From positions 119,102,001-119,166,000 of the forward strand of contig OZ038378.1 of NCBI GenBank assembly GCA_964036045.1: DNA of 64,000 bases, in the 5' to 3' direction. Each line of letters starts with the position of its first letter. The stretch's first letter is position 1. The translations under genes and the position numbers were made by a program. The notes under the pieces are model-generated. The model saw only the letters and a list, made by a program, of their open reading frames with translations. It did no database searches and had not been told where the DNA came from. Origin of the DNA: Eutreptiella sp. 'Long Island Sound 2002' (lineage: Eukaryota; Protista; Euglenida). Below are positions 60,801 through 64,000 of this stretch, in pieces.

Positions 60801-63800
60801 GGTCCCTCCGGCTTCGGATTGTGATTTTTGCCCAGTTCTCATTTGTTTTTGGTGGAAAAATTTGTTTCGTCCCTCCCGTTGGACCGTGAACCATTGTGTC
60901 CTCCCAGAGGTGAGCTAGTGAGCAAACAAATGTGTTCCGCAAAGTGTGAGAGGTGCCGCATGACATGCAAAAGCTTTTCAACACCAACGGCATCCCCACT
61001 CCGAAGATGTATTCCTCACAACATTGGTCCCCCCGGCTTCATAGTGTCATTTTTGCGGTATGTCTCACTTGTTTTTTTCGGAATTGTAAAACGTAGGGGA
61101 CCTTCCATTGGGTAGGGGTTATATAGCTACTGCCCCCATTTGTGGGCCCCTTTTGATGTTCTCGCGCAATGTGAGTTGTTGGGGACCCACCAAGAGCAAG
61201 GGTAATGTTGCAAAAAAAAAATGAGCTGCGGTCCTTTCCGTTGGGCCTTGAACCATTGTATCCTCCCCCGGTGAGTTGCTAAGCAAACAAACGTGTTATG
61301 GAAAGGGTGTGAGGCGCCTCACAACATGCAAAAAGAAACAAAGTGTCTCAATTCAGAGATGTAGTCCTCACCATAATGGTCCCCCCGCCTTCATATTGTC
61401 TTTTTTGCCAAATTATCATTTCTTTTTTGTGGAACAATTCGCTGCCTCCCTTCCATTGGGCCGTGACCCATTGTGTCCTCCTAGAGGTGAGCTGATGAGC
61501 AAACAAGTGTGTTCCGCAAAGTGTGAGAGGTGCCGCATGACATGCAAAAGCTTTTCAACACCAACAGCATACCCACTCCGAAGATGTATTCCTCACAACA
61601 TTGGTCCCCCTGGCTTCATAGTGTCATTTTTGCGGTATGTCTCACTTGTTTTTTCGGAATTGTAAAACGTAGGGGACCTTCCATTGGGTAGGGGTTATAT
61701 AGCTACTGCCCCCATTTGTGGGCGACTTTTGATGTTCTTCCGCAATGTGAGGTGTTGGGGACCCAGTAAAATCAAGGGTAATGTTGCAAAAAAAAAAGCT
61801 GCGCTGCGGTCCTTTCCGTTGGGCCTTGAACCATTGTATCCTCCCCCTGGTGAGTTGCTAAGCAAACAAACGTGTTACGGAAAGGGTGTGAGGCGCCTCA
61901 CGACACGCAAAAAGAAACAAAGTGTCTCAATTCACAGATGTAGTCCTCACCATAATGGTCCCCCCGCCTTCATATTGTCATTTTTGCCAAATTATCATTT
62001 CTTTTTTGTGGAACAATTCGCTGCCTCCCTTCCATTGGGCCATGAACCATTGTGTCCTCCTAGAGGTGAGCTGATGAGCAAACAAGTGTGTTCCGCAAAG
62101 TGTGAGAGGTGCCGCATGACATGCAAAGCGCTTCAACACCAACGGTGTCCCCACTGCAGAGATGTAGTCCTCACAAAATTGGTCCCTCTGGCTTCATATT
62201 GTCATTTCCCCCTGTGTTCATTTGTTATTTTTGGAATTGTAGGGTGTAGGGGACCCCCCACGGGTTAAGGGTTATATAGCTAATGCCCCCATTTGTGGGC
62301 CACTTGTGATGTTCTCCCTCGATGTGGGGCGTCAGGAACCCCCTAACAACAAGTGTAATGTAGCAAGGAAAAATGAGTTGGGGTCCTTTCCATTGAGCCA
62401 TGAACCATTGGGTCGTCACCCCCTTGAGCTGCTAGGCAAGCATACGTGTTACGGGAAGGTTGGGAGGTCATGCAAAAGAGTTCAAGAAAAATGGTGTCTC
62501 AGTTCAAAGATGTAGTCCTCACAAGAATGGTCCCTCCGGCTTCGGATTGTCATTTTTGCCCAGTTCTCATTTGTTTTTCGTGGAAAAATTTGTTTCGTCC
62601 CTCCCGTTGGACCGTGAACCATTGTGTCCTCCCAGAGGTGAGCTAGTGAGCAAACAAATGTGTTCCGCAAAGTGTGAGAGGTGCCGCATGAGATGCAAAA
62701 GCTTTTCAACACCAACGGCATCCCCACTCCGAAGATGTATTCCTCACAACATTGGTCCCCCCGGCTTCATAGTGTCATTTTTGCGGTATGTCTCACTTGT
62801 TTTTTCGGAATTGTAAAACGTAGGGGACCTTCCATTGGGTAGGGGTTATATAGCTATTGCCCCCATTTGTGGGCCCCTTTTGATGTTCTTCCGCAATGTG
62901 AGGTGTTGGGGACCCACTAAGAGCAAGGGTAATGTTGCAAAAAAAAAAATGAGCTGCGGTCCTTTCCGTTGGGCCTTGAACCATTGTATCCCCCCCCCGG
63001 TGAGTTGCTAAGCAAACAAACGTGTTACGGAAAGGGTGTGAGGCGCCTCACGACATGCAAAAAGAAACAAAGTGTCTCAATTCAGAGATGTAGTCCTCAC
63101 CATAATGGTCCCCCCGCCTTCATATTGTCATTTTTGCCAAATTATCATTTCTTTTTTGTGGAACAATTCGCTGCCTCCCTTCCATTGGGCCGTGAACCAT
63201 TGTGTCCTCCTAGAGGTGAGCTGATGAGCAAACAAGTGTGTTCCGCAAAGTGTGAGAGGTGCCGCATGACATGCAAAGCGTTTCAACACCAACGGTGTCC
63301 CCACTGCAGAGATGTGGTCCTCACAAAATTGGTCCCTCTGGCTTCATATTGTCATTTTCCCCCTGTGTTCATTTGTTATTTTTGGAATTGTAGGGTGTAG
63401 GGGACCCCCCACGGGTTCAGGGTTATATAGCTAATGCCCCCATTTGTGGGCCACTTGTGATGTTCTCCCTCGATGTGGGGCGTTGGGAACCCCCTAACAA
63501 CGGTGTAATGTAGCAAGGAAAAATGAGTTGGGGTCCTTTCCATTGAGCCATGAACCATTGTGTCGTCCCCCCCTTGAGCTGCTAGGCAAGCAAACGTGTT
63601 ACGGGAAGGTTGAGAGGTCATGCAAAAGAGTTCAAGAAAAATGGTGTCTCAGTTCAAAGATGTAGTCCTCACAAGAATGGTCCCTCCGGCTTCGGATTGT
63701 GATTTTTGCCCAGTTCTCATTTGTTTTTGGTGGAAAAATTTGTTTCGTCCCTCCCGTTGGACCGTGAACCATTGTGTCCTCCCAGAGGTGAGCTAGTGAG

Positions 63801-64000
63801 CAAACAAATGTGTTCCGCAAAGTGTGAGAGGTGCCGCATGACATGCAAAAGCTTTTCAACACCAACGGCATCCCCACTCCGAAGATGTATTCTTCACAAC
63901 ATTGGTCCCCCCGGCTTCATAGTGTCATTTTTGCGGTATGTCTCACTTGTTTTTTCGGAATTGTAAAACGTAGGGGACCTTCCATTGGGTAGGGGTTATA
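57870..64000 (+). repeat. 2878-bp super-HOR (10 monomers), two full copies plus a partial third
   Basis: Private variants repeat at exactly 2878 bp: ctcgcgcaatgtgagttg 58283/61161, cgggttcaggg 60534/63412; ORF-track repeats 57876/60754/63632. Confidence 0.92.

Larger units (their letters stand above)
28398..64000 (+). repeat. Satellite C: tetrameric ~1150-bp HOR (S1-L1-S2-L2), continuing past the window end; candidate (peri)centromeric array
   Basis: Homologous monomer starts at 44548 (S1), 44764 (L1), 45122 (S2), 45336 (L2) and 45699 (next S1) give 216+358+214+363=1151 bp. Near-identical spurious ORFs recur every 1147-1153 bp from 42746 to 57700. Monomers are diverged at 28.4-29.0 kb and near-identical by 58-64 kb. 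Confidence 0.97.

Noticed and set aside
29013-63966. Recurrent Cys-rich ORFs (CSAKCERCRMTC, CPHCRD) resembling zinc fingers
   Set aside because: They are short, often start at non-ATG codons, change frame with A-tract length and recur at the satellite period. There is no evidence of coding constraint.

Overview
Eukaryotic heterochromatin-like window, probably from a plant (inferred from CAG/CAA->TAG/TAA decay of old reading frames; not proven). I recognise no intact protein-coding gene, rRNA, tRNA or CRISPR array, and nearly all ORF-track calls are by-products of tandem repeats. Layout: (1) 1-4.8 kb, decayed non-tandem DNA with two convergent ORF relics, one encoding a Tudor/PWWP-like barrel; (2) 4.87-15.85 kb, GC-rich 49-bp satellite A with a hairpin in every unit; (3) 15.86-25.1 kb, GC-rich ~25-bp satellite B, apparently related to half of A; (4) 25.1-28.4 kb, short degenerate repeats, an orphan A unit and unique DNA; (5) 28.4-64 kb (open-ended), satellite C, built from four related monomers (S1 ~216, L1 ~358, S2 ~214, L2 ~363 bp) forming a ~1150-bp higher-order repeat (HOR) with local 1725-, 2300- and 2878-bp super-periods. 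Most unusual: an orientation-switching zone at 30.3-36.0 kb whose first inverted block looks like one circularly permuted HOR inserted backwards; a foreign 10-bp-period G-rich minisatellite inserted at 40.65 kb with a 9-10-bp target duplication; and a TGGNCCC (TCP-factor-like) core shared by all three satellite families.
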